From positions 640,001 through 704,000 of the forward strand of contig CAXXWX010000026.1 in the NCBI GenBank assembly GCA_963675745.2: a stretch of 64,000 nucleotides of DNA. The letters run 5' to 3'. This DNA comes from Phycisphaerae bacterium. Lineage in GTDB: Bacteria > Planctomycetota > Phycisphaerae > UBA1845 > Fen-1342. Below, piece after piece: positions 19,799 to 29,315 of this stretch. The position numbers were made by a program, and so were the translations under genes. A model generated the notes under the pieces. The model was not told where the DNA came from and searched no databases. It saw only the letters and a program-made list of their open reading frames with translations. How positions within the stretch are numbered: position 1 is the first letter of the stretch; every line of letters begins with the position of its first letter.

Positions 19799-20794
19799 CT
19801 ACCGCGCTTTGTGGTCGAATACCGCCTCGATGAGACCGTCGCCGCGACCGGTGCCGAAATAGCCCTCAGGCCGGCGGAACTTGGTCGGCCCCGTGGTACC
19901 GGTGATCGGCTGGGCCAGGTTATTGCCGAACCCGCCGTTGACCGCCGCGAGCGACCGATTGGAAGTGTTGGAGAACACAGCGCCACCCTGGCCCGGCCCG
20001 GTTACACCCAGACCCGAATTGCGCCCGCGATCAACGGCGACGAAGAGATCATCCTGCCCGAGCAAGTCGGGGATCGCCACGTTGCGGCGGATATTGGCCT
20101 CGAGGGCCCAGGTGCGCATCGCCTGCGTGACCGCCTCGCGCGGCCGCAACAGCCGGCGCTGATTGGTGGCGTTGTTGATCGCCTCGACGAGCCCGCGTTC
20201 GAGGAGAAAGACCTCGAACTCACCGGTGCCGCGCGTATACGAGAGCCCGAAATTCCAGGTGCCGCGTTTTGACAACGAGGCGACGGGGCTGTCGACGGTA
20301 AAATCTGACTTAAGTCCCCCTTCGGCGACGCCGGCCCTGATTTTTCCATATCCGACGCCGATGCGCACGCGTTTGGTGTCGGCGGTCTTGTGCGCTTCGC
20401 TGAGGATGACCTTGCCGACCGAGTCGATGACGAGGGCCGTATAGGGCTCTTCGTCTCCGATCTGGAAGAGCACGGAAGCTCCGATTCCGGTCCAGATCTG
20501 GGCATCCTTGCCGAGTTCGCCGCCGACTTCGAGCTTTTGGCGCTCCGGATTGTCGGGCGTCGAGAAGCGCACGTCGCCGTGGACGTCGATAGCCTTCGCG
20601 AAGATAGCCTGAGTGCCGTTATTATCGGCGGGTGGGGCTTCCCTGACCGACGTGGGCGGCGCAGCCGCCGGCTGCGGCACCGATGCCGTGTCTTGTGCGA
20701 CAACGTGATGCCCGAGCGTGAGTATACAGACTATCGCACAGCACGCCGCCGCGTGTCGGCTTCTGACCCCAAGTCGCATCGCACGTAGCATCAT
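19799..20794 (-). CDS. Secreted FecR-domain protein
   Basis: Signal peptide. VHGDV...IWTG..ASV...G.I.A.V......FTVDSPVASLSKRGT matches the FecR pattern. Confidence 0.6.
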   Translation of the reverse strand: MMLRAMRLGVRSRHAAACCAIVCILTLGHHVVAQDTASVPQPAAAPPTSVREAPPADNNGTQAIFAKAIDVHGDVRFSTPDNPERQKLEVGGELGKDAQIWTGIGASVLFQIGDEEPYTALVIDSVGKVILSEAHKTADTKRVRIGVGYGKIRAGVAEGGLKSDFTVDSPVASLSKRGTWNFGLSYTRGTGEFEVFLLERGLVEAINNATNQRRLLRPREAVTQAMRTWALEANIRRNVAIPDLLGQDDLFVAVDRGRNSGLGVTGPGQGGAVFSNTSNRSLAAVNGGFGNNLAQPITGTTGPTKFRRPEGYFGTGRGDGLIEAVFDHKAR

Positions 20795-20950
20795 CAGACT
20801 CCTCGTAGCGGCGTTGGACGCCGATTGTAAGACAGCCCGGTCACCAACATACTAATGATTCCCCGCTTTCCGCGCCACGTCAACCTCGGCGGCGGTTCGG
20901 TATTTCGTGCGCGCACCGGCAGGCTGCTCTTGTTGTGCCCGAGTGTCGCG

Positions 20951-21829
20951 TTAATCGCCGATCGTAAAGCCCTGGTCACGCCAGAATTCGCGGTTTACGC
21001 GGGCTGACTCACGTGGCGATTCGAGGGCGGTTTCGTCGATTTCTGTCGTGATCCAGCCGTCATAACCGCTCTCGCGCAGCAGTGACACGATATTCGGCAG
21101 GTCTATCTGGCCCTCGGCCAGTTCGCAGAACAGCGGGACCCGCTGCGTTGCGGCAGTTGCACCGGCGGCGCGCTCGCGCTGCCATTCGATTTCGCGGCGC
21201 CAATTCTCTGCAGTGTAGCACGCCGGCACGTTCTTGAGGTGCATGTACGCTATGCGCTCGATGTAGCGGCGGAAGAAATCAAGTGCGTCGTAGCCGCCGA
21301 GCACGAGGTGGGCGGGATCAGGTCCGGCGAACAGTAATTGAGGATCGGTGAGCTCGAAAATGCGATCAACGTTGGCTTTCTCCTCTCCGATGGTGCCGAT
21401 GTGCGGGTGGTAGCAGGCCTGCACGCCGACCTCCAGTGCCGCCGCCCCGATCTGGTTCATCGTCTCGCAGAGGTCCTTGACGTCGTCGTCGGTGAAGTGG
21501 TCCTGGCCGTAGGCGTCGCGGCGCCGATGTCCGCCGCCGAGCATCATGCGTTGCCCGCCGACCTCCGCGATGAAACCCGCCACGCGCCGGTTGTACTCAA
21601 CATCCCGGGCGCGCGTCTCGCGCAACATGTCGCCCCCGCCGTATAAGGCGATCAGCTTCAGCCCGTGGTCATGCAACACGCGCCGAAACAGCTTGGGATT
21701 GTCGGCGTACTGGTCGGCGACGCACGTAAAACACTCGATTCCTTCGTAGCCCAGATCCGAAATGTCCTTGATCGCGCCGAGCGTATCGGGGCCCCAGGTG
21801 ATAGCGTGGTAGCCCAGTCTGATTCCCAT
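20951..21829 (-). CDS. Sugar phosphate isomerase/epimerase, IolE-like (TIM barrel)
   Basis: ITWG, GYEGIE, YHPH.GT..E, PDPAHL, YMHLK, FCEL.EG.ID, GYDGWITTE.D. Confidence 0.8.
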   Translation of the reverse strand: MGIRLGYHAITWGPDTLGAIKDISDLGYEGIECFTCVADQYADNPKLFRRVLHDHGLKLIALYGGGDMLRETRARDVEYNRRVAGFIAEVGGQRMMLGGGHRRRDAYGQDHFTDDDVKDLCETMNQIGAAALEVGVQACYHPHIGTIGEEKANVDRIFELTDPQLLFAGPDPAHLVLGGYDALDFFRRYIERIAYMHLKNVPACYTAENWRREIEWQRERAAGATAATQRVPLFCELAEGQIDLPNIVSLLRESGYDGWITTEIDETALESPRESARVNREFWRDQGFTIGD

Positions 21830-21838
21830 TGGTCGCCC

Positions 21839-23263
21839 TCAATCGTGTGTCGCTTCTGACCGCACGAGTAACATCCCCGGCACGAGCCGTCGCGTCAACG
21901 CCACGCGCGGGGCAAAACCCAGAACGACGTCGGCCCGCGCACAGAGGATCACGCCGACGGCGACGGGCTGCTGGTCTTCCCAAATGCTGACGACAGCGCC
22001 GGCGGCCGGGGCATCAACTTCGCATACCGCCGAAAATAGCGCCCCGTCGGCCACGTCGGTGATTTGTCCCAGCACTGCCGGGGGCGAAACGGGTGGGGCG
22101 AAACGCACCTCGTCCCCGGCTCGGAGCGTCGCGCCGCTCTCGGCTGCCACGCGGGCATAGACGCGCTGCACGCGCAGCACGGCTGCGCCGCCAATGTGTT
22201 CGCCGCCGCGCGAGACCGTGCCGACTTCGCCGACACGCAAGCCTTCGCGCTGGCCGGCGTTTACCAGGAACTCACCCGCGGCTGACTCGAATATCCGTGT
22301 CTCAAACCGGCCGGCCGCAATGTCCGCCATTGTGCGAATCACCGCAGTATCGCCGACCTGTGGCAACGCGCTTCTGACGCCGGCGTCGTCCGGTTGCGTG
22401 CTGGGAGCCGTTGTCGGCACGGTGGTTGGCTGCGTCGCCGGAGGATGTCCTTCGGTGCTGGGAGCGAAGACCCGCACGTACCAGAAGCGAGTGTCACTGT
22501 GGCTGACCAGACCGTGGGCTACGTAGCGCCCGTCGTGCCGGAAATCCACGTTGATGTCCGTCGCGGCCTCGATACCGGGCGGGGCGGCGATCCAGGCGGT
22601 CACACTCGAATCGGTTTCATCAACGAACGACACGTGCGAGCTGGCGCGACCGGCGCGCCGCTCCCCGGGCGCGGGCCACATCGTGACCGATTGGCCCGGG
22701 AAAATCCGCGGGGCGCGCGTGAGCGGGACGGCATTGCAAAACGCGCCCGGCCCCGTGGTGACCAGCACGTGCAGGCGGGCCACCGGCTGACCGCCGAGCA
22801 ACGCGATCCACGTGTCGCCGACCACAACGCCGGCGTCACTGCCCGCATCAAGCCACGCCGTGCGTAATCCCGGTCCCAGGCCGGCAATCCGCGCGGTCAA
22901 CTGCCCGTCGGCCGGCCAACGGTCAATCAGGGATGCGACGAGGCGCGGCGATACAAGCCAGGCCCCGCTGATCGCCGTCCCTTCCTCCGGCGTGGCCGCA
23001 TGCGTGCGCGCGAAGACCGCGGCGTCTTCGCTGTTGGAGTGCCAATCGAACCACCCGCGCGGGCGCTCATCGGCGAACAGGGCCAGCCGCCAGCCGGCCT
23101 CCGGGATGAGCTGTCCCGAGTTCCGTAGCCGGACGATCACCAATTGCCCGTCTACCGAGAAGTCGCCTTCGTCAACTCTGACAATCTCCGCGGCGAGAGC
23201 CCAGTCAACGGGCAGCAGACCGCAGACGAGCGTGACACAGATGATGTACCGGCACCGGCCCAT
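21839..23263 (-). CDS. Hypothetical secreted protein with repeated beta-rich (G..DG+.VGD) domains
   Basis: Signal peptide ending ALAA. LDAGSDAGVVVGD and VNAGQREGLRVGE repeats. Start placed at ATG 23263, 7 nt after TAGAAT. Confidence 0.55.
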   Translation of the reverse strand: MGRCRYIICVTLVCGLLPVDWALAAEIVRVDEGDFSVDGQLVIVRLRNSGQLIPEAGWRLALFADERPRGWFDWHSNSEDAAVFARTHAATPEEGTAISGAWLVSPRLVASLIDRWPADGQLTARIAGLGPGLRTAWLDAGSDAGVVVGDTWIALLGGQPVARLHVLVTTGPGAFCNAVPLTRAPRIFPGQSVTMWPAPGERRAGRASSHVSFVDETDSSVTAWIAAPPGIEAATDINVDFRHDGRYVAHGLVSHSDTRFWYVRVFAPSTEGHPPATQPTTVPTTAPSTQPDDAGVRSALPQVGDTAVIRTMADIAAGRFETRIFESAAGEFLVNAGQREGLRVGEVGTVSRGGEHIGGAAVLRVQRVYARVAAESGATLRAGDEVRFAPPVSPPAVLGQITDVADGALFSAVCEVDAPAAGAVVSIWEDQQPVAVGVILCARADVVLGFAPRVALTRRLVPGMLLVRSEATHD

Positions 23264-23327
23264 GTCGGGCATTCTACTGCCGATTCACGAATAGTCGCAC
23301 GGAACCGGCGGGTGCCCAAGGGCACGC

Positions 23328-23425
23328 GGGTGCCCCATGGCTTGCCGTGGGGGACTGACTCCGAACGACGAATGAACTCGCGGTGCCGATACAGTCAGTC
23401 CCCCACGCCAAGGCGTGGGGCACCC
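23328..23425. repeat. REP doublet (REPIN-like), with a related single copy at about 24275-24304
   Basis: gggtgccccatggcttgccgtgggggactgact and inverted agtcagtcccccacgccaaggcgtggggcaccc. Third copy cgggtgcccatggcttgccatgggggactg. Confidence 0.7.
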
Positions 23426-23460
23426 ATGCGCCTCAAGCCATTCTGTGCGGCAGCGAGAGA

Positions 23461-23485
23461 CACGGCTCACAGAGCCGTGGCACAC
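23461..23485. repeat. REP-like palindrome family GTGTGCCACGGCTCTGTGAGCCGTG (copies at 23461-23485, 28681-28705, 62434-62458)
   Basis: Three near-identical intergenic palindromic copies, the last in opposite orientation. Confidence 0.75.
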
Positions 23486-23545
23486 GTCGGGTCTCTGATA
23501 GCCGGGCCGGCGTGTCTCGTTGCTCGACATACCGTACGCCTACCC

Positions 23546-24232
23546 CTACCGGGCTTGGAACATGCCGCCGTGACGTTGCACGAGTCGCTCTCGTGTCTTG
23601 CGGCGAGCAATCTCCACCGCGACGTCGCGCTGAAGCGGCTCGAGGATCGCCTTGAGCCAGCGGTACAGGCCGCAGAACAGAAGCAGGGCACCGGCCGCGG
23701 CCGCCAGGCCCACGATGCAGGTGATGATTCCAATCAACAATCCGCCGCGCTCGAACGCCTGAAACGCCAGGTACAGGACAGCCCCCATCGAGCCGATGGT
23801 GGTTGGTATCCCGATCAGCCCGACCAGGTGATACAACACCAACGCATTGCCCCAACCCGGACGTCGCATGCACGAGCTGCGGAAGCGAAACAGGCCGGCA
23901 ATCCACAAGGCGACGGCACCGAACGCCAAGATACCGAGGGCGGTCCAGAGCTCCACCGGACCATTCTGGTTGCTGAAGCTCCCGAGCACTAGCGCCCAGA
24001 AGCCCACCTGCGCCGGTAAGCCAAAGAGGATCGACGCCACACAGTACGCCGGCGCGGATTCCAGGCGTTCGAGTTGCTCCTTGATATACTTCGCCGGTAT
24101 CTCAACGTCGCCGATCGGGTTCAGGTTACCGCATTCCGGGCAGCGCACAGGATCGCCGCTCAGCCCGCGCAGGTTGTAGCCGCAGGACAGGCAGTACAGG
24201 TCAATCCGAATGGTGCCGGCCGGTTCGGTCAT
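23546..24232 (-). CDS. Membrane protein with N-terminal CxxCGYNLRGL...CPECG zinc ribbon
   Basis: YCLSCGYNLRGLSGDPVRCPECG followed by about four TM helices. Confidence 0.75.
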   Translation of the reverse strand: MTEPAGTIRIDLYCLSCGYNLRGLSGDPVRCPECGNLNPIGDVEIPAKYIKEQLERLESAPAYCVASILFGLPAQVGFWALVLGSFSNQNGPVELWTALGILAFGAVALWIAGLFRFRSSCMRRPGWGNALVLYHLVGLIGIPTTIGSMGAVLYLAFQAFERGGLLIGIITCIVGLAAAAGALLLFCGLYRWLKAILEPLQRDVAVEIARRKTRERLVQRHGGMFQAR

Positions 24233-24307
24233 GCGCCCCACACCTGGTTACGCGTTCACGTGGCACCGCCGGACGGGTGCCCCATGGCTTGCCATGGGGG
24301 ACTGGCC

Positions 24308-25933
24308 CTACGGCGTCGCCTCGTCCCACACAGGCAGCCGAAACTGGTCCGGCCGCTCCTTTATCACGCGGCGCTGCCAACTCTCGGAATAGCCGCCCTC
24401 TTGCGGACGACCCTCATCATCCTTGACATAGCCATCGTTGTATTTGCACACCAGGTGTTCGCCAAGCTCGCGCCAGCGCTTCGTCACCAGCTCGGCTTGC
24501 GAAACGCAGTAGCCGGTCAGATATCGCCGCATCAGCTCGACGTCGGCCCCGTGAAGTTCGAGCGCGGCTTTCTCAATGACTGGCTGAAGCCTGAGGAATT
24601 GCCCCTCCAGCTCCCGCTGCACCGCCTGGATATCCTCGATCATTAGCGCGTACTTGATGTTGGCGAAGTTGGCGACGAAGTTGAACGTCCACCACGCGCT
24701 GTCCCACGAGAACTTGCCCAGTTCGCCAACCGTGTACGACTCGGGCAATTCGTCAATGCAGCAATAAAGGGGGAAGTAGCAGGTCGTATACGTGTCGTCG
24801 ACGCCATACCACAACACGCCGCCGATCGAATCGGGCAGCCAGTCGCGTGATTGTGAAACGGTTGAATAGCCGGTCTGTTGCGTCGAGATCGGGCGTTCCC
24901 AGGCATACTCGACACCGTCGACCTTCCAGTGCATCGGCCGCCAGCGATTGGGGGTGCCATACGGGCCGGCGTCGACACCCTTGGTCATGTCGAAGTCCGT
25001 GCCCTCGTAGTGGTCGCGCATCAGGGCGAACACGTCGGCAACACTCAACTTCTTGTCCGGCTTGATCGACAGCGGATAGGCGGGGGCGTTCTTGACGCCG
25101 CGGTGGTGGTCGGGTGACAGCTTCAGTGACGGCGCCGCTCGGTTGAAGATGCTCCAGACGCGCGCTTCGGCGTAGCGGACATTCTTGGGCGTGGGTGGGC
25201 AGTACACGTCTCGGAAGCTGAACGCGACTCCTGGCATCGGGTCGAACAGGCCCTTGTCTATCGCAAACGAGATGACGTTCTCCGAATAAACGCAGTTTTC
25301 CGGATCGTCCAGCGGAAACTCGCCGATCCGCAGCTTGTTCGCATGCGCCGAGATGTGTCCGTCAGGAACGCGCACGGCGACCCAGATCGCGCCTTCACCG
25401 CCCGGGCCGGGGCCGATCATCTCCAGTATCCAGGCTTCCTGCGTGTCGGCGATCGAGAATGACTCGGCGGTCGAGCGATAGCCGTACTCGGCCGCCAGGT
25501 CCGTCATGACCTTGATCGCCTCGCGCGCTGTCTTGGCGCGCTGCAAGGCGTACGTCATCAGGTCCCAATAGTGCAGCATGCCCTCGGGGTTCTGTAGCTC
25601 CTCGCGACCGGTGGCCGTCGTTTCACTGATGGCCAGTTGATGCTCGTTGATCAGCCCGACGACGGCGTACGTGTGAGGAACCTGCTCGATCGTGCCGTGC
25701 AGCTTGCCCGACCAGTCCTTGACCTCGATCGTGGCGCCCGGCTCGTGGTCGGCGGCCGGTGTGCGACGCAGGTGCGGGTGAAACTCGCCATCACACGTGT
25801 AGGTGATCATGACCGAACCATCCGCCGACGCCCCCTTGGTAACCAGCAGGTTGGTGCAGGCACGGGTTGATGGGACGTGCCAGAGAATCAGAACCGACAG
25901 GCACACAAGCGACGTCAGCACACGTGAAATCAT
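24308..25933 (-). CDS. Peptidase family C69 (dipeptidase/secernin-like Ntn hydrolase), secreted
   Basis: Signal peptide, then CTNLLVTKGASADGS (N-terminal nucleophile Cys), NEHQLAISETT, TAREAI, EAWILE, RDHYEGT, ERPIS. Confidence 0.88.
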   Translation of the reverse strand: MISRVLTSLVCLSVLILWHVPSTRACTNLLVTKGASADGSVMITYTCDGEFHPHLRRTPAADHEPGATIEVKDWSGKLHGTIEQVPHTYAVVGLINEHQLAISETTATGREELQNPEGMLHYWDLMTYALQRAKTAREAIKVMTDLAAEYGYRSTAESFSIADTQEAWILEMIGPGPGGEGAIWVAVRVPDGHISAHANKLRIGEFPLDDPENCVYSENVISFAIDKGLFDPMPGVAFSFRDVYCPPTPKNVRYAEARVWSIFNRAAPSLKLSPDHHRGVKNAPAYPLSIKPDKKLSVADVFALMRDHYEGTDFDMTKGVDAGPYGTPNRWRPMHWKVDGVEYAWERPISTQQTGYSTVSQSRDWLPDSIGGVLWYGVDDTYTTCYFPLYCCIDELPESYTVGELGKFSWDSAWWTFNFVANFANIKYALMIEDIQAVQRELEGQFLRLQPVIEKAALELHGADVELMRRYLTGYCVSQAELVTKRWRELGEHLVCKYNDGYVKDDEGRPQEGGYSESWQRRVIKERPDQFRLPVWDEATP

Positions 25934-26060
25934 GATCGAGCCCTCTGGTCTGCTGAATTCGACTGCCCCGCGCGATACGAGGTCGGCGGGCATTGTACGC
26001 TGCGGTGGTCGAATACGCGCGGGCGTGGGCAGCGCCAGTCTCTGGCGTGAACACCCCCAC

Positions 26061-26101
26061 CTGCCCCTTATCGGGCAGGTTCGCTAACCAGTGCGATCGG
26101 C
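26061..26101. repeat. 41-bp imperfect direct repeat, copy 1 (copy 2 at 28939-28979, just past the tRNA-Ala 3' end)
   Basis: ctgccc-ctta-tcgggcaggttcgctaa-cca-gtgcgatcggc versus ctgccc-ggcg-tcgggcaggttcgctaa-tcc-gtgcgatcggc, 35/41 identical. Confidence 0.75.
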
Positions 26102-26215
26102 GAAAGCCGCGATCAAGCGGCGTGACTGGATGCTGTTGGAACTTCTTGCTGGAGGGAGTACCCGACTGTCTGCGCGAGCCGTCGAGGCGCCGCCGTGAGC
26201 CCGTTCTGAGAGACG

Positions 26216-27148
26216 CTATTCTCCTGCGCCCCCGCCCCGCCGGAATCGCACGCGGTGGTTTTTCTGATCCAAGGTGACGGCGAAGTCCTTGAGTAAGCGT
26301 GAGCCGATGTTCCCAGCATCATAGGTCAACATCGGACCGAGATCCGCGAAGTTGATGCGGGGCTTATCCCATTCGTGCTTGCCGAGTTTGAGGGTTCCGT
26401 CGAGCATGGCAGAGCGGACTACGGCCTCGCCCTGAGGCGTTCGAGCCTTGCCCACCACCCGTGGCTTGCCCTTCAGGGGCAGCTCTTTCTGAAGCTTGTT
26501 CAACACGGTGACGAGAGCGGGCGAGCCGGTGTCGAGGTGAGCCTTGACGGGCACGCCGGCGGCCGAGAGCGTCACTGTCACACCATAGTCGTGCTTCTCT
26601 TCGCCCGAGTACTCGATCGTCTCGCCATCAGGCGGCGGCAGCGTGCCCGACTCGAGCCGCACGCGCCGCTTGGGGAAATCGAGCGTAAGCAGGCAGTCTT
26701 GGAACAACGGCAACCCCAGAATCCCGACAATCCCGTGGCTGTCCGCCGGCATACACCCGCCGACGTCCGAGCAAATCGCCGGGAACGACGAGAATTTCGC
26801 CTCACCGATCGCCAGCGTGCCAATCTCGACGGTCTCCAGCGTCTCGTCTTCGGTCTGCAACTTGCGCGTGCCGCTTTCGGCGAGCTTCAGGTTTTTGACC
26901 AGTGCGTTATTCAGCACCGCCGGAAAGGTGGTGCCGGTGTCGATGAGCAGCTTGAACGGCCCCTGACCGTTGACCCTGGCCTCGACCACCGGTCGGCCTC
27001 CCCAATCATCCATCGACACGGATACCGTCGGCTTGTGCAGCTCGGTGCGCTGCGGACCGGGCGCGCGCTCCGGCGTCGTCTGCGCCTGCCCGAGCTGTTG
27101 TGAAAACAAGGCCACCAGCAGCGCCACGCACACCTCTCGGATTGACAT
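26216..27148 (-). CDS. Secreted tandem retropepsin-like aspartyl protease
   Basis: Signal peptide, two DTG motifs (LLIDTGT, AHLDTGS) and two G.LG/GNIG motifs. Confidence 0.82.
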   Translation of the reverse strand: MSIREVCVALLVALFSQQLGQAQTTPERAPGPQRTELHKPTVSVSMDDWGGRPVVEARVNGQGPFKLLIDTGTTFPAVLNNALVKNLKLAESGTRKLQTEDETLETVEIGTLAIGEAKFSSFPAICSDVGGCMPADSHGIVGILGLPLFQDCLLTLDFPKRRVRLESGTLPPPDGETIEYSGEEKHDYGVTVTLSAAGVPVKAHLDTGSPALVTVLNKLQKELPLKGKPRVVGKARTPQGEAVVRSAMLDGTLKLGKHEWDKPRINFADLGPMLTYDAGNIGSRLLKDFAVTLDQKNHRVRFRRGGGAGE

Positions 27149-27440
27149 TACGAACTCCCTCGTCATCAGACGCCAGATGCGCGACGCGTCGTGTCCCCAA
27201 ACCGGCGTTCATCACCCGGCGATTCATCACCCGGCGATTCGACACGACCTGTACTGACACTAGACGAGTCGAAAGCCGGCTGCCTGTCACGATTCGCGCC
27301 ACAAGATCGGTGGCGGACGGCCGCGTCAATATCGGATCGGCGAACCAGATGCCCGGGACACCGACATTCCGCTGCAAAAACAGCCCTCGCCAACGCCGGC
27401 GCATGAGAAAGGCCTTGATGTGCAGGGGATCGTGATGAAT

Positions 27441-27507
27441 TCGGGCGACTGAGTTTGAGCCTGCAACCTCTGTGTCCAGAATCTCGCGCACGTTGCGTCA
27501 CACCGCG
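27441..27507 (-). pseudogene. Probable decayed tRNA-Pro(CGG) remnant
   Basis: Minus strand CGCGGTGTGACGCAACGTGCGCGAGATTCTGGACACAGAGGTTGCAGGCTCAAACTCAGTCGCCCGA aligns by eye with bacterial tRNA-Pro (CGGGGTGTGGCGCAG...TTCGGGACGCAGAGGTCGCAGGTTCAAATCCTGTCGCCCCGA), but the arms are broken. Confidence 0.45.
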
Positions 27508-27694
27508 ATGCTGACCGCGCCAGTCGCGGCTTTGTGCTGCAAGCCAACCGACCATTCCGCCGCACAACGCTCAGTTTTGCGCCTCGCCGCCAAGCCCGTC
27601 CTGGAGTGCATGTTCAAACCGGCCTGGCGCGCAAGCCGCCGCGGCGCGCACGACTCAGCAGAGGCGCCAGATGCTGCAAAAAGCCATATCCACC

Positions 27695-27813
27695 CTGAAA
27701 GGCCTCAGAAAATCTTCCTGACACCTTTTCCTGACACTGAAAGGCCTCAGAAAATCTTCCTGACACCTTTTCCTGACACCTTTTCCTTTTCTGTGTTGAC
27801 ACCTTTTCTGTGT
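27695..27813. repeat. 42-bp tandem duplication built from CCTGACACCTTTT motifs, with an inverted partner at 28632-28658
   Basis: ctgaaaggcctcagaaaatcttcctgacaccttttcctgaca twice (27695, 27737) plus further tgacacctttt copies. Confidence 0.8.
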
Positions 27814-27920
27814 CCCGACCGAGCAGTGGTTTGGCCAGTGCCACCCTCCCCCCTTTGTCTCGTGCTCCTCACAACGAGCCCGCAGCCGTCTATTTACTGA
27901 CAGCTCTGCAGCAACCCACT

Positions 27921-28598
27921 TTACGGCCAAAAGTCACTGCCGTGGTCCGCACGAAAGCTGCTCGCTGCCTCGCCAAAACTGGTGCGTCTACTGCCGAGCC
28001 TGTTGAAGTGTGAATTCGCAGTATCAAACACGCTGAGTAGTTCCGCGCAGGTGTCGCCGGCAAGTTGGACGGCACCGCTCTTGATGACTTGATACCTATC
28101 ATCAAGTAGGTGGAGGTTAAAGGCCCGCTGTTCTCCCACAGCAAGGGCGAACTCCTGAAGATCGCCATCGGAAAAATCGGCAATCGAGCACAGTGTTTCG
28201 TCCTGCTCGCCTGAAACGGGAATTCCCATCACAAAGTACAAGATCGGGTACTGTGGATATGAAAAGCACTTGAATTTGAAATGAACCTCGTGGTGGGATC
28301 TGATATAGTCCTTTTCGCCATCTGATACATTCCCCAACGCGCCGGCCACGTATGCTCCGTGTTTGTCTGCCCAAAAACTGGCGACGGAGAGGCCGAATGA
28401 TCGCACCTGGTCTTGGACGTTGAAGTACACAATGTGATCACCAGGTATTGTCTTATTTAGCGCGTCTAGCGACTTAACACCTCGCCCGGTTACTGCCTTT
28501 TGCCAGATGAGTGGAACTGTGCTTCGATGCCACCTGGCGCCCCGGGATACTATCGGGATGGCGATTTCAGCTTTGAGCCAGTATTCCGTTGACGGCAT
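27921..28598 (-). CDS. Hypothetical protein, AT-richer than its surroundings (probable acquired gene)
   Basis: 225-aa ORF with strong AAGGAGG SD and many A/T-ending codons. No recognisable family. Confidence 0.6.
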   Translation of the reverse strand: MPSTEYWLKAEIAIPIVSRGARWHRSTVPLIWQKAVTGRGVKSLDALNKTIPGDHIVYFNVQDQVRSFGLSVASFWADKHGAYVAGALGNVSDGEKDYIRSHHEVHFKFKCFSYPQYPILYFVMGIPVSGEQDETLCSIADFSDGDLQEFALAVGEQRAFNLHLLDDRYQVIKSGAVQLAGDTCAELLSVFDTANSHFNRLGSRRTSFGEAASSFRADHGSDFWP

Positions 28599-28994
28599 GT
28601 CACAAACCTCCTTCTCTCAACGTGGTACGAAACACAGAAAAGCTGTCAGGAAGATTTTTGTGCATGCTCCATCGCCGAAGCACGGCTCACGCAGCCGTGG
28701 CACACTGCACACTCCGCGCCGCCGCACGGGCGCACCACCGCACACTCCGCGCCGCCGCACGGCTATTGTAACCAGACGCCGGGTCATGCACGATGGTGGC
28801 ATGGCGGCGGCTGGCCGCGGAGGTAGGCCTGGGCGGTGTGTGTTTTGGGCAGACCGGGAATCGTGGTTTTCGGGTGTGGACAGCGTCGCTGGAGCTGGGG
28901 TGGGTCATGGTCCGCGCGGAATCAGGCGATTTGCCGCACTGCCCGGCGTCGGGCAGGTTCGCTAATCCGTGCGATCGGCAGGATTTACAACAAG

Positions 28995-29067
<73 letters not shown>

Positions 29068-29079
29068 TTTGACTGCTCT

Positions 29080-29107
29080 ATTATAGATTCGCACAGCCCG
29101 CACGCAA
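29080..29107 (-). promoter_or_regulatory. Sigma70-type promoter for tRNA-Ala
   Basis: Minus strand TTGCGT-N16-TATAAT, 12 nt upstream of the tRNA. Confidence 0.6.
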
Positions 29108-29315
29108 CCGCGATGCTCCAGGGCATTCTGCGGCAGAGCGCTGCGTCCAACCCCCGGCTCGGATGTGTTTGGCGGGAGAAACCGCTCAGAGCGACGGCCT
29201 ACTCTGGGGCGACCGCCACATGCAGGCTGCGCACAAATGCGGTGCTCTCGCCCAGAAGCGCGGCGTTAAGCGGAACGCCGGCCGTGGCGCCCGCCGCGGA
29301 TAGCACAAGTTTGCG

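Noticed and set aside
27006..27567. Short ORFs as a RAYT/IS200 transposase remnant
   Set aside because: No HUH motif or catalytic Tyr context is recognisable. The region is better explained by a tRNA-like remnant and short repeats.
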